Shown here piece after piece: positions 45,768-57,880 of a stretch of DNA of 64,000 nucleotides. The position numbers and the translations under genes were made by a program. The DNA lies in NCBI RefSeq assembly GCF_963921235.1, contig NC_086110.1, forward strand, positions 9,362,001 to 9,426,000, read 5' to 3'. The notes under the pieces are model-generated. The model was not told the origin of the DNA and ran no database searches. It saw only the letters and a list, made by a program, of their open reading frames with translations. The first letter of the stretch is position 1. Every line of letters begins with the position of its first letter. Source of the stretch: Mobula hypostoma. Taxonomy: Eukaryota.

Positions 45768-48700
45768 GTGAGCGATTAATCTCGATGACTTGCGGTTGCA
45801 TCTGTGTTTAGAAACCGGGGTCAGGGAGATGGGGAACTGGAGCAGTGTATAGTTGAGCGGGGTGGGGGTAAAGAACAAGCGGATGAAACGAGTTTTCGCT
45901 TTAGGTTTTCACTTATGGCTCATATAGTACACACAAAGGATGATCAGTGTCAGGCAGAACGTTATTGACAGTGACAGGGGCTCCGAATGTGTATTCGGTA
46001 GCATATACTTTTACCATGGTAGAGCGTAGTTTTTAATCCAATAAAATCTGGGGGAATCTGCCAAAAAAAAAGGACTACCGGTGGGGCATCTCGTTCTAAT
46101 TCCTCTCCAATTCTACAAGGCATCGGCTGAGCAGTTATTTCAAAATAATTTCTTGAACCAATTTGCATTTTTAAAGTGTATGTCGCAATCTATTGTGTTT
46201 TGTTGTCGCAAAGTCTTAATGTGAAATGTAATAAACATGTCCCAGTATTCATCCCCACCAGTGAAATTACTAATGCCCCCCAGCTTTCGATATTTCTTTA
46301 AAAGCCAGTACTTGCGGTTTTATATAGGACTCCGCAGCGCGGATGCAGAATAATCGGCCAGATTTTTAAAATCTAGACAGCCCATCACAAGATTTCTTCA
46401 CAGACAAATTTGAAATGTTTTATTTTCATACGGCTTTGATTTGTTTGCTGCATTTCGGAGAAAAGAAAACGCAGTTTGTATTGTTAGAGCAACCTTTAAA
46501 ATTGACGGTTGAGTAAACTAAGCTGAGGGAAAACGGCAATGCGAGTTATTGATGTATATCGCTATACTATCAACGCTCTTAATAATATTCCTGGATCGGG
46601 AGAGTGGAATATTCACTCTCAAACATACAAGAGTAGAATTTCTCAGCACATATACCTGTTAAATTTTCCCTCGGATGTACTCCCAGAACAATCAAGCGTG
46701 CAAATGGGTGTGTTAACGGGAAAAACACTTTGCACGATCTTCAGTTAATGTTCTTCATGTGTTATCAGTCGGTGTTATCAGGTTGACAAGAAATATTAGC
46801 GAAACTATTAATTGAAACAATCTGTATTGAGCGTATCCGTAGACAAGCCGCCTTCATTTATTTCTGATGCTAACAACCGAATAGCAACCGGCCGTTCGGA
46901 TACTTTGCACAGTCTTTGAAATTAAACGTTCTTCCCCAACCACCTGGCTGTATCGCAGATGTGCTTCTCTGTAGCTTAGTTGTTTCTGAAGTGGAGCAAT
47001 TTTGACCACAGTATTGTGCAAAAGGCGTAATGTTGGTTTATTTCGATTGAAAATATTTCGTTTCCCAGTTTCTTACAAAATCAAATTACGAACCGAACCG
47101 AGGGCACTTTAGGATTACGTAATAAAATGCATTGGATGTATCTAAATATTTTCAAAGGTAAACTCCGACATCAGGGTTGTAAATTTAAGCAATTGCACCT
47201 TGAACCATGTTACAAAAATATTTTGATATGCGCTGGTGATGCGCTGTAACTTCAGCGTAACGTCAATCAATGATTTTTCAAAGGGAACGGTGAATGAATG
47301 CTTCCCGTTACAACTGGTCTCACCTGATCAGGATCCATTCCTGTGCTCTTACTTGATTAGCCCCAAATCTAAATAACAAATCCTTCGATCACGGAAAAAT
47401 GAAAAATTCCATTTAGAATGGGATTAATATTTGAAGCTTGTAACGTACCCACACCTTTCCCTCCCCATCTGCCAAACTGATCCAAGTCCAAATGTTCACC
47501 TCGTTTTCATGTTTTAAAATTTGTGGCTTGTGGAGGAATTCTTTGAATGAGGAATGCCAACCAATGATGGACAACACGATAAATATCATTTCTGGACATC
47601 TGAGTTTTAATCGTAATTTGAATCGTCTCATCGGTCATTCAGGAGTGTATATCTTATATAAATTATGATCTGTAACATGATTCCCCTCAAAAAGGAACGT
47701 GGGTAATTACTGGTGTCTTTTCTAGCAGTTTTCCAATGCCGTTATTGTTTGAGGTGTTGGCACAGTTTAAAAGTACTGGCGTTGGCCAAAGGTTAAATCG
47801 GCCTTGTTATAAAATGCAAGGGATGTAAGGGATTTCATACAAAGTATTCTCTTAGCCTTATCACTTTCTCAAAAACAAATCCTCTAGCCCTGTATTCAAC
47901 TGACAAGCTATCCTTTGCAGACAGTAGGCGCATATTGTGTAATTAAAGAGCGCTTCATATTTCGAAAATACATGAATTTATCCCATTGAGTTCTCTGTCA
48001 AAACGTTCTACCCTTGAATACCATTCTATGACTTTAGATAAATTGCTTATAATTGCATTGATTTGTTTTCAACCTGAATGGTTTTAACTTTTTTGACAGC
48101 GGATGCAGCAGAATAAATGCACAGCCCAAGTTCGTGATTAAAGGATGTTAACTATTAGAAATGGGTTTGGTGTGGGATTAAAGAAAGGGTGTAAAAGGAA
48201 GCGGAAGCTATGAGGGATTGGAATTAAGAAAAAAAAACATTCCTGCGAGTAAAGACCCTGTCGTCTAAATAATCCCGACAGACATTTTCCCACATTACAA
48301 AATACTATTTAGCTCTATAATGTAAGTTATGCATTGGTGCGAGTTATTGCTTAATGAAACTGTACCTTTCTATCATTCACAAAGGATAGTTTAAATTGAA
48401 TGCAGCGCTTGTCTGCTTTCTTACGGCTGCACTGTTGGTCCTGAGCTATTTACCTTGCAATTTATGGATTTGACTTGAAGCCTCAGTACCATCTGGAAGC
48501 ATCATGCACGAATTTTACTTGACTGGAAGTAAAGATCATTCGGAACCATAACATCTTTACCATTATTTAACCTAATTTCATTCCATAAAATCATTAATTT
48601 ATTTTGATACATATTGTGGAAATTTGCTTTGTATTTTAAAGCTTCCATTAATGTTGCAAAGCTTGTTCACTGCTCAAGCTCTGCTTTAACAAGGATGTAA

Positions 48701-49141
48701 ATGTTAACTGACAATGATAAAGGTATTTTCTGGGTGAATGGCAGCTGCCTGTTTTTAAATGTATACACTATTTAATTTTTAAAGAGAGCAAAAAAGTACA
48801 AGAAAAACATAATTGGAATTTATATTGCACAACTTTCTAAACATTCAAGTTAATTGTCATCTGAATTCCTGTTCTGTTGAAAGTTTCCTGTTGAGTATAC
48901 TCCTGATTAAGCTACTGCACACAAGTAATGATATATTTAATAAATATATGATGATATAATAAATGTATTTCATCAACAGATCCATTAAGTTTGGATTGGG
49001 TATGTAAAACAATGTGGGGTTGGGCTGTGCCAATCTGGTTGAGAGCTTCATCAGGGTCAGGCACATTACTTTATTGTGTGTATTCATTCTCCTGATTGAA
49101 AACATTATATGAGCTGGCAAAAGTGTCCTTCTTTCTTTCGC

Positions 49142-49372
49142 AAACAACAGGAATTCTGCAGATGCTGGAAATTCAAGCAACATACATCAAAGTTGCTGGT
49201 GAACGCAGCAGGCCAGGCAGCATCTCTAGGAAGAGGTACAGTCGACGTTTCAGGCCAAGACCCTTCCTTCAGTTAGTCCTGACGAAGGGTCTCGGCCTGA
49301 AACGTCGACTGTACCTCTTCCTTGAGATGCTGCCTGGCCTGCTGCGTTCACCAGCAACTTTGATGTATGTTG
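49142..49372. mobile_element. 231-bp fold-back Penelope pLTR unit
   Basis: 14-bp TSD CTTCTTTCTTTCGC (49128-49141, 49373-49386); 92-nt inverted arms (49175-49266 / 49284-49375) with 2 mismatches and a 17-nt spacer. Confidence 0.9.
49275..49310 (+). ncRNA. Minimal type I hammerhead ribozyme motif, intact core
   Basis: AGTC-CTGACGA-A-GGG TCTCGG CCT-GAAA-CGTC-GACT: helix I AGTC/GACT, GUC site, loopless palindromic ACGT helix III. Confidence 0.72.
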
Positions 49373-49757
49373 CTTCTTTCTTTCGCTACCTTTCAGCAAA
49401 TGGGTCTTAAAGTGTCCCTGTGAGTGGTGTAGACAAAAGTAAAGTACTCAAGTTTATATTGGACTTGAATTCATCATGGTTGGGTCAGAATTAAATTTTA
49501 TATAAAAGCTGAACTTTCCATCGTAGACCAGAATCCAATAAATCTGGACAGTTATATTTTTGTATATGGTGTTTTTAGATTACTATGATGAAATATTCTG
49601 TTGTTCATGAATAAACAGAAGCCAATAATTATGGAGGAATGAAATATGAGGAAAATAGGAAGTATCATTAAACAAAGCTTAATAGAATATATGACTTCAC
49701 ACTTTGTATCCAACATTAATATCAAACTATATCCTTTTACATTCAAACTTCCTACAG

Positions 49758-50045
49758 GTTCCCCAGAGCCTTTGAAGATTTCTCAAACGCAGCCTGCAGA
49801 TGGTTCTCTATGGTGTAACACATCTGGTTTCTATCCTCCTGAGTACATCTTATCTTGGTATAAAAATGGTCAAGAAGTTATGAACAAAGAAGATATTAAA
49901 CATCAAACAATGGATAATCTAACTGTAGTTTCCAGTCTTTTGAAAGAGAGACAGCCTGCTCAGCATGGAACTGTTTATGAATGTAAGGTGTCTCACTCCA
50001 GCCTCAGTGTTCCAGCTTTGGCCAATTATACTGTCAACATTGATG
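49758..50045 (+). CDS. IgSF receptor exon 3: C1-set domain
   Basis: CTTCCTACAG acceptor, G|GTAAG donor; LWCNTSGFYP, LSWYKNG, YECKVSHSSL C1 signatures; phase 1-1. Confidence 0.92.
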
Positions 50046-50689
50046 GTAAGACCATTACTTTTTTGGTGTGATTCAATTTGTATGGTCAAATACTTTTCCC
50101 TGTTTTTTTTTCATCGTAATAATACTTAGAAGGCAGTGAGTTCAATCTGAGTCTTCTGGGAGTGCTTTTGGTTGATAACCAGTTGCTGCTAGGCTCAGGG
50201 TTCAGCTTCTTAATACTACCTAAAGTCTATTTGGTAAATTGGCTCTTGCTGATGTACTTTTGCATAGTTGTTTTAAGTTCCATGATCTTCCATTTAATTA
50301 AAAACAGATGATGAAATCACTCAACAGTACAGGCAGCATCCCTGAACAGAGAAACTGAGTTAATAATAGTCACTAATCTGAAATCTTTTCTGCATTTTCT
50401 GTTTTTATTTCAAATTTATAGCATATGAAGTCTTTTAATTTAATTTTCTACCAGAGGAAATCTCTTATCTCTACAGACCAGCATATTTCCTGTAACTTTG
50501 CAAATTGTTCTACACTACATGCTTATCCATTTAATTTTTTGAAGGGTTCAGCGTAGCTTGCTTCCATTACATCAGCAGGCAGTGCATTCTGCAGTCCAAC
50601 CTCTCACTGCTTAACCAACTTGTTCGTAACCCATGCTGGATGAAGTTGAAGTAGACAAAACAATAAAAATATTACCCCAATAGGCTTCA

Positions 50690-51861
50690 AACAACATGAA
50701 TTCTGCAGATGCTGGAAATTCAAGCAACACACATCAAAGTTGCTGGTGAACGCAGCAGGCCAAGCAGCATCTCTAGGAAGAGGCGCAGTCGACGTTTCAG
50801 GCCGAGACCCTTCGTCAGGACTAACTGAAGGAAGAGTGAGTAAGGGATTTGAAAGCTGGAGGGGGAGGGGGAGATCCAAAATGATAGGAGAAGACAGGAG
50901 GGGGAGGGATGGAGCCGAGAGCTGGACAGGTGATAGGCAGAAGGGGATACGAGAGGATCATGGGACAGGAGGTCCGGGAAGAAAGACGGGGGGGGGGTGA
51001 CCCAGAGGATGGGCAAGAGGTATATTCAGAGGGACAGAGGGAGAAAAAGGAGAGTGAGAGAAAGAATGTGTGCATAAAAAAGAGTAACAGATGGGGTACG
51101 AGGGGGAGGTGGGGCCTAGCGGAAGTTAGAGAAGTCCATGTTCATGCCATCAGGTTGGAGGCTACCCAGGCGGAATATAAGGTGTTGTTCCTCCAACCTG
51201 AGTGTGGCTTCATCTTTACAGTAGAGGAGGCCGTGGATAGACATGTCAGAATGGGAATGGGATGTGGAATTAAAATGTGTGGCCACTGGGAGATCCTGCT
51301 TTCTCTGGCGGACAGAGCGTAGATGTTCAGCAAAGCGGTCTCCCAGTCTGCGTTGGGTCTCACCAATATATAAAAGGCCACATCGGGAGCACCGGACGCA
51401 GTATATCACCCTAGTCGACTCACAGGTGAAGTGATGCCTCACCTGGAAGGACTGTTTGGGGCCCTGAATGGTGGTAAGGGAGGAAGTGTAAGGGCATGTG
51501 TAGCACATGTTCCGCTTACACGGATAAGTGCCAGGAGGGAGATCAGTGGGGAGGGATGGGGGGGACGAATGGACAAGGGAGTTGTGTAGGGAGCGATCCC
51601 TGCGGAATGCAGAGAGAGGGGGGGAGGGAAAGATATGCTTAGTGGTGGGATCCCGTTGGAGGTGGCGGAAGTTACGGAGAATAATATGTTGGACCCGGAG
51701 GCTGGTGGGGTGGTAGGTGAGGACCAGAGGAACCCTATTCCTAGTGGGGTGGTGGGAGGATGGAGTGAGAGCAGATGTACGTGAAATGGGGGAGATGCGT
51801 TTAAGAGCAGAGTTGATAGTGGAGGAAGGGAAGCCCCTTTCTTTAAAAAATGAAGACATCT
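50690..51861 (-). mobile_element. 5'-truncated Penelope-like element with GIY-YIG ORF and pLTR
   Basis: 13-bp TSD CCAATAGGCTTCA (50677-50689, 51862-51874); 249-codon open frame with VIYCVRCSRCGLLYIGETQRRLGDRFAEH. Confidence 0.92.
50787..50822 (-). ncRNA. Minimal type I hammerhead ribozyme motif, intact core
   Basis: Exact reverse complement of the motif at 49275-49310. Confidence 0.72.
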
Positions 51862-52089
51862 CCAATAGGCTTCATTGTGACAAATAGTTAACTCAGCTGC
51901 ATCTAACTGGAACCATAATCGGATGTCCCCTTATTGCTCCAAAGTCTCTCACTTGGGTTCTCAGATGATGAATAATGAGGACTACAATATAGCATTGACA
52001 TGATAAGTACAGGATGGTAATTTTTGAAGATTATGGTCATTGGAAAGAAAATTAAATAATCCCTTCATCGGTTTAATTCGTCAAGTTTA

Positions 52090-53490
52090 TTGCCATTTTG
52101 ACCATAAGCTGCTGGTACAGTACACAGTAAAAACTAAGCAACATTCCTCCAGGACCCTGGTGCTACATGAAACAACACAAAACTACACTAGACTATGTGA
52201 GACAGCACAAGGCTACACTAAACTACGTAAAACAACATAAAAACTGCACTAGCCTACAGACCTCTACATAAAGTGCACAAAACAGTGCAGGGCAGTAAAT
52301 AATTAATAAACAAGACAATAGACACAGTAGAGGACAAATTACAATATAATAATAAATGATGTAGATATCAGTCTAGACTCTGAGTATTGAGGAGTCTGAT
52401 GGCTTGGGGGAAGAAACTGTTGCACAGTCTGGTCATGAGAGCCCCAATGCTTCGGTACCTTTTGCCAGATGGCAGGAGGGAGAAGTGTTTGTGTGAGGGG
52501 TGCGTGGGCTCCTTCACAATATTGTTCACTTTGCGGGTGCAGCATGTGGTGTAAATGTCTGTAATAGTGTGAAGAGAGACCCCGATGATCTTCCCAGCTG
52601 ACCTCACTATCCGCTGCAGGGTCTTGCAATCCGAGACGGTGCAATTCCCGAACCAGGCAGTGATGCAGCTGCTCAGGATGCTCTCCATACATCCCCTGTA
52701 GAATGTGGTGAGGATGGGGGGTGGGAGATGGACTTTTCTCAGCCTTTGCAGAAAGTAGAGACGCCGCTGTGCTTTCTCAACTATGGGGCTGGTGTTGAGG
52801 GACCAGGTGAGATTCTCCACCAGGTGAACACCAAGAAACTTGGTGCTCTTAACGATCTCAACGGAGGAGCCGTCAATGTTCAGTGGAGAGTGGTCGCTCC
52901 GTGCTCTCCTGAAGTCAACAACCATCTCTTTTGTTTTGTTCACATTCAGAGACAGGTTGTTGGCTCTGTACCAGTTTGTTAGCCGCTGCACCTCCTTGTA
53001 TGCTGACTCGTCATTCTTGCTGATCAGACCCACCATGGTCGTGTCATCGGTGAACTTGATGATGTGATTCGAGCTGTGTATTGCTGCACAGTTGTGGGTC
53101 AGCAAGGTGAACAGCAGTGGACTGAACACACAGCCCTGGGGAGCCCCCGTGCTCAGTGTGATGGTGTTGGAGATGCTGCTCCCAATCCGGACTGACTGAG
53201 GTCTCCCAATCAGGAAGACTAGGGTTCAGTTGCAGAGGGAGGTGTTCAGGTCCAGCAGTTTCAGCTTTCCAGTTAGGTGCTGAGGAATTATTGTGTTGAA
53301 TGCTGAACTGAAGTCTATTAACAGCATTCGGACGTATGTTTCTTTTTTGTCCAGGTGGAGGGTGGTGGTGATGGTGTCGTCTGTTGAGCAGTTGGGATGA
53401 TACATGAACTGCAGGGGGTCCAGTGAGAGGGGCAGCAGGGTCTTTATGTGCCTCATGACGAGCCTCTTGAAACATTTCATGATGATGGAA
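52090..53490 (-). mobile_element. Rex1/Babar-type LINE 3' part (RT)
   Basis: ORF 52368-53129 [21 protein letters not shown]; [11 protein letters not shown] upstream; short-repeat 3' UTR. Confidence 0.88.
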
Positions 53491-54329
53491 GTGATTCTTT
53501 AGTTAAAAATAATGAGATCTAATTCTAGATCCTTTCAACTTCCATCCTGTCAAGACCTCTCAAGATCTTATATTTATTTATCAGGTCCTTTCTCATTCAG
53601 GAGAACTCTAGCAGATACAAGCCAGTCTGTCCAACCCTTCCTCATAATTCAGCCAGTACTGTACCCAGTCCTCCCAAACAATGTTCTATTCTAAACTGAG
53701 AAAAATCTTCCTATTTTTGTATCTACACACATACTGCTGGAGTAACTCAGCAGTTCAAGCAGCATCTATGGAGAGGAATAAAGAGTCGATGTCTCGGCCT
53801 GAAATATCAGCTCTTTATTCTTCTCCATGAATGCTCCCTGACCTGTCGAGTTTTATAGTATTTTGAGTGTTACTCTTGATTTCGAACATCTGTAGAACCT
53901 CTTGTGTTTATTTCTGTATTTAGTTTCTCCAGTAATAAAATGCAACATTCTAATTAGATCTACTAATTACTTTCTCTGACTGCATACTAGCCTTTTGCAG
54001 TTCATGCACCAGGAGGACACCGAGGATTCCTTGTGGGACAGAACCCTACTACTTATTTCTATTTGTTTAATATATATTTATGCTTTCTCTACTGGAATCA
54101 GGGTTGTTTTATGCCTTTTCAAGTTGATGTAAGAACTTTCAGTGAATTTTTGAAAACACTAGGTTAGTTGCCCAGTGCCTTAGCCACATTAATAAAATTG
54201 ATCATATATTTAATTGCTTGAAAATTATGTATGAAAATTGACTACCATTTTCGTCACATTCGTCACATTAAAACAATTTAAAATTCTATCATTAGCTAAC
54301 ATGATGACTTTTCACTATGCTGAGTAAAG

Positions 54330-55650
54330 TTCAAAAAATAAATTTATTGTCAAGGTCCATATATGTCATCATATGCAACCCCAAGATTCATTTTCTTGCA
54401 GACATGCTCAATAAATTGAATAATCATAATAGAATCAATGAACGACTGCATCAGCTGGGCATACCATCATGGTGCAAAGGACAACAGAAATTTGTAAATA
54501 CAAAAAGAAAAAATAATAACAATTATAATAATAAATAAATTAGCAATAAATATTGAGAAGATAAGATGAAGAGTCCCTGAAAGTGAGTCCATATGTTGTG
54601 GAAACATTCCAGTGATGGGACAAGTGAGATTGAGTAAAGTTATCTCCTTCGTCTTAAGAACCTGATGGTCGAGGGGTAGTAACTGCTCCTGAACCTGGTG
54701 GTGTGAGTCCCAAGGCACCTATACCTTTTTCCTGATGGCAGTAGTGAGAAGAAAGCATGACCTGGGTGGCGGGGGTCCCTGATGATGGATGTTGCTTTCC
54801 TACAACAAATCTCCATGGTGGGGAGGGCTTTACCCGTGATGGCCTGGGCTGTATCTACTACTTTTTCGGTCAAGGGGATTAGTGTTTCCATACCAAACTG
54901 TGATGCAGCCCATCAGTATATTCTCCGCTATATATCTATAGAAGTTTGTCAGAGTTTTAGATGTCATATTGAGTCCTTACAAATTCCTAAGGAAGCAGAG
55001 GTGCTACCATGCTTTCTTCATAATTGCACTTGTGTGCTGGGTCCAGGACAGGTTCTCTGAAAAGATAACACCAGGGGATTTAAAGTTGCTGATCCTCTCT
55101 ATCTGTAATTCTCCAATAAGGCCTGGCTTATGGACGTGAGGTTTCCTCTTCCTCAAGTCAATAATTAGCTTCTTGGTCTTGCTGATTTTGTGTAAGATTT
55201 GTTGTTCTGGCACCATTCAGCCAGATTTTCAGTCTCCTTCCTATATAGTAATTTATTAACACCTTTGTTTTGGCCAATGATAGTGGTGTGGTATTGTCAG
55301 CAAACTTGCATATGGCATTGGAGCTGTGCTTAGCCTCAGAGTCATAAGTGTACAGTGATTAGAGCAGGAGGCTAAGCACACAGCCTTGTTATGCATCTTG
55401 CTGATAGAGATTGTGGAGGAGATGTTGTTGCCAATCTGAACTGACTGGGGTCTGCAAGTGAGGAGATAGAAGATCCAATTGCACGAGGAGATATCAAGGC
55501 CAAGGTCTTGAAGCTTATTGATTAGTGGGATGACTGTATTGAATGCTGAACTGTAGTTGATAAAGGGCATCCTGATGTATGCATCTTTGCTGTCCAGATA
55601 TTCCAGGGTTGAGGGAAGAGCCAATGAGATAGCATCTGCTGTGGACCTGT
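54330..55650 (-). mobile_element. Older Rex1/Babar-type LINE fragment
   Basis: [21 protein letters not shown] and [12 protein letters not shown] remnants. Confidence 0.75.
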
Positions 55651-56369
55651 TGTGGGAATATTATAATTAAGGTGATAATTGTGCTTTTGATTAATAGTCA
55701 TCTATTGAGGAGCAGCATGTAAAATCCTAAGCAGAGATATTTCCACTTGAGTTTGAATATGGGAACAGAGATACAAGATAAGGAATGATCATTTAAATCT
55801 GATGTTGAAGTTTTTTTTATTACAGTGGATGGTGTCTTTCTGGAATTCACTCAGGAAGGGATGAGAAGGCTAGATCACTGGAGATATCTGAGGAGGAGGT
55901 GGATGATATTTTGAAAAATCAGAGAATTAAGGCCATTATTGTACTGATACAGAAGAAGAATTGTGAATGGAATAACATGACAGGCTTTTGGGGCTAGATG
56001 ACCCAATCATTCTAATTTCTTATGTTCTCATGTATTTTGTATATACCAAGATAAAGAGCAGCTGGACTAAGATGCATCATTTTGAGAGTTCAAGGGTAAA
56101 GGTTTACTCGCTTCCACATTCCAATTGGTTGTAATTTTCTACCAATGTTTCCATAATTTCTTTAAAAATAGAAGATTTGGCAAAATGTTGCCACTATGGC
56201 AAATGTTTTGTTATTTTATTTACAATTTATTATTACATAGAAAAAAGTATGTAAAGCATGGGAATAGCTCCTTCAGCTCACAATGTTGTGCTGAACCAAT
56301 TAAATTAGTAATTAAACAGCCAACCTAACTAATCCCCTCTCCTTCACAATGTCCATATAGTTCTATTTT

Positions 56370-57177
56370 GCCCTTACACTTCCTCCCTTACCACCATTCA
56401 GGGCCCCAAACAGTCCTTCCAGGTGAGGCATCACTTCACCTGTGAGTCGACTGGGGTGATATACTGCGTCCGGTGCTCCCGATGTGGCCTTTTATATATT
56501 GGTGAGACCCGACGCAGACTGGGAGACCGCTTCGCTGAACATCTACACTCTGTCCACCAGAGAAAGCAGGATCTCCCAGTGGCCACACATTTTAATTCCA
56601 CATCCCATTCCCATTCTGACATGTCTATCCACGGCCTCCTCTACTGTAAAGATGAAGCCACACTCAGGTTGGAGGAACAACACCTTATATTCCGTATGGG
56701 TAGCCTCCAACCTGATGGCATGAACATTGACTTCTCTAACTTCCGCTAGGCCCCACCTCCCCCTCGTACCCCATCTGTTACTCTTTTTTTATGCACACAT
56801 TCTTTCTCTCACTCTCCTTTTTCTCCCTCTGTCCCTCTGAATATACCTCTTGCCCATCCTCTGGGTCACCCCCCCCCCGTCTTTCTTCCCGGACCTCCTG
56901 TCCCATGATCCTCTCGTATCCCCTTCTGCCTATCACCTGTCCAGCTCTCGGCTCCATCCCTCCCCCTCCTGTCTTCTCCTATCATTTTGGATCTCCCCCT
57001 CCCCCTCCAGCTTTCAAATCCCTTACTCACTCTTCCTTCAGTTAGTCCTGACGAAGGGTCTCGGCCTGAAACGTCGACTGCGCCTCTTCCTATAGATGCT
57101 GCCTGGCCTGCTGAGTTCACCAGCAATTTTGATGTGTGTTGCTTGAATTTCCAGCATCTGCAGAATTCCTGTTGTTT
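56370..57177 (+). mobile_element. 5'-truncated Penelope-like element, near-identical to 50690-51490 but inverted
   Basis: 12-bp TSD TAGTTCTATTTT (56358-56369, 57178-57189); GIY-YIG ORF 56423-56749. Confidence 0.92.
57044..57079 (+). ncRNA. Minimal type I hammerhead ribozyme motif, intact core
   Basis: Identical 36-mer to 49275-49310. Confidence 0.72.
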
Positions 57178-57194
57178 TAGTTCTATTTTCTTCA

Positions 57195-57880
57195 CATTCA
57201 TGTGCCTATCTAAACATCTCTGGTGCTGTCTGTGCAGAGTTTGCAGAGTCTTTCTCTAATTGCATGCGTTTCCTCTGGGCATATTCCAGTATCCTCCCAC
57301 ATTCTAAAGAGGTGCAGGATGGTAGGTCAAATGACAATGGGAAATGACTTCTGTTGTGTAAATGAGTGGGAGAATCTTGGGTGGGGGAATTTGGGGAAAT
57401 AAAATGTGAGTAGGGTAGATACAGTTGATGGGTGGTTGGTGTGAACTTTGGATGAAGGACCAACCACCCATCATACATCCTGTATGATTCAATGAACTGA
57501 GGGCATAATATGCTTTTTTTATTTGCCCCTCATTGCCAGCCTTGTACTTCCATTCTTTGAGATCAATCATACACATCGAGCACAGAAAGTGGCCCTTTGG
57601 CTCAATGAGACAGTCAATCCTCTGGCATCCAATTACATTAATCCCATATTTTACATTCCTCTCAACCGCAGCCCCATCCCCAACCACCACTTGCTTACAC
57701 TCTAGATCAATGTACGGTAATTAGTAAACCTAACAACCTGCATATCCTTGTGGTGTGGGAGGAAAGTGGAACACCTGAGAAAAGCTTATTGGTCATAGAG
57801 AAACTGTGCAAACAACATACAGTCAGCATGATGGTTTAGGATTGACTCCGAGTCTCTGGAGCTGAACCATAGGAACACTG
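57195..57880. mobile_element. Two old V-SINE fragments (plus ~57195-57400, minus ~57700-57880)
   Basis: Decayed V-domain GTTTCCTCTGGGCATATTCCAGTATCCTCCCACATTCTAAAGAGGTGC and a reverse-complement equivalent. Confidence 0.55.

Larger units (their letters stand above)
44640..47300. promoter_or_regulatory. CpG-retaining, repeat-free region over the 5' end of the Ig gene (probable promoter or unmethylated island)
   Basis: CpG dinucleotides are visibly frequent despite modest GC content, versus scarce CpG in unique DNA at 48-50.6 kb; spans the leader and V exons. Judged by eye, not counted. Confidence 0.55.

Noticed and set aside
45456-50045. Calling the gene an Ig light chain or TCR chain
   Set aside because: No RSS or separate J seen, Asn at the position of the J-segment Phe/Trp, no C-terminal interchain Cys after C1, and the TM lacks the charged TCR residues.
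50690-57177. A single composite transposon bounded by the two inverted PLEs
   Set aside because: Each PLE has its own distinct TSD, so they are separate insertions.
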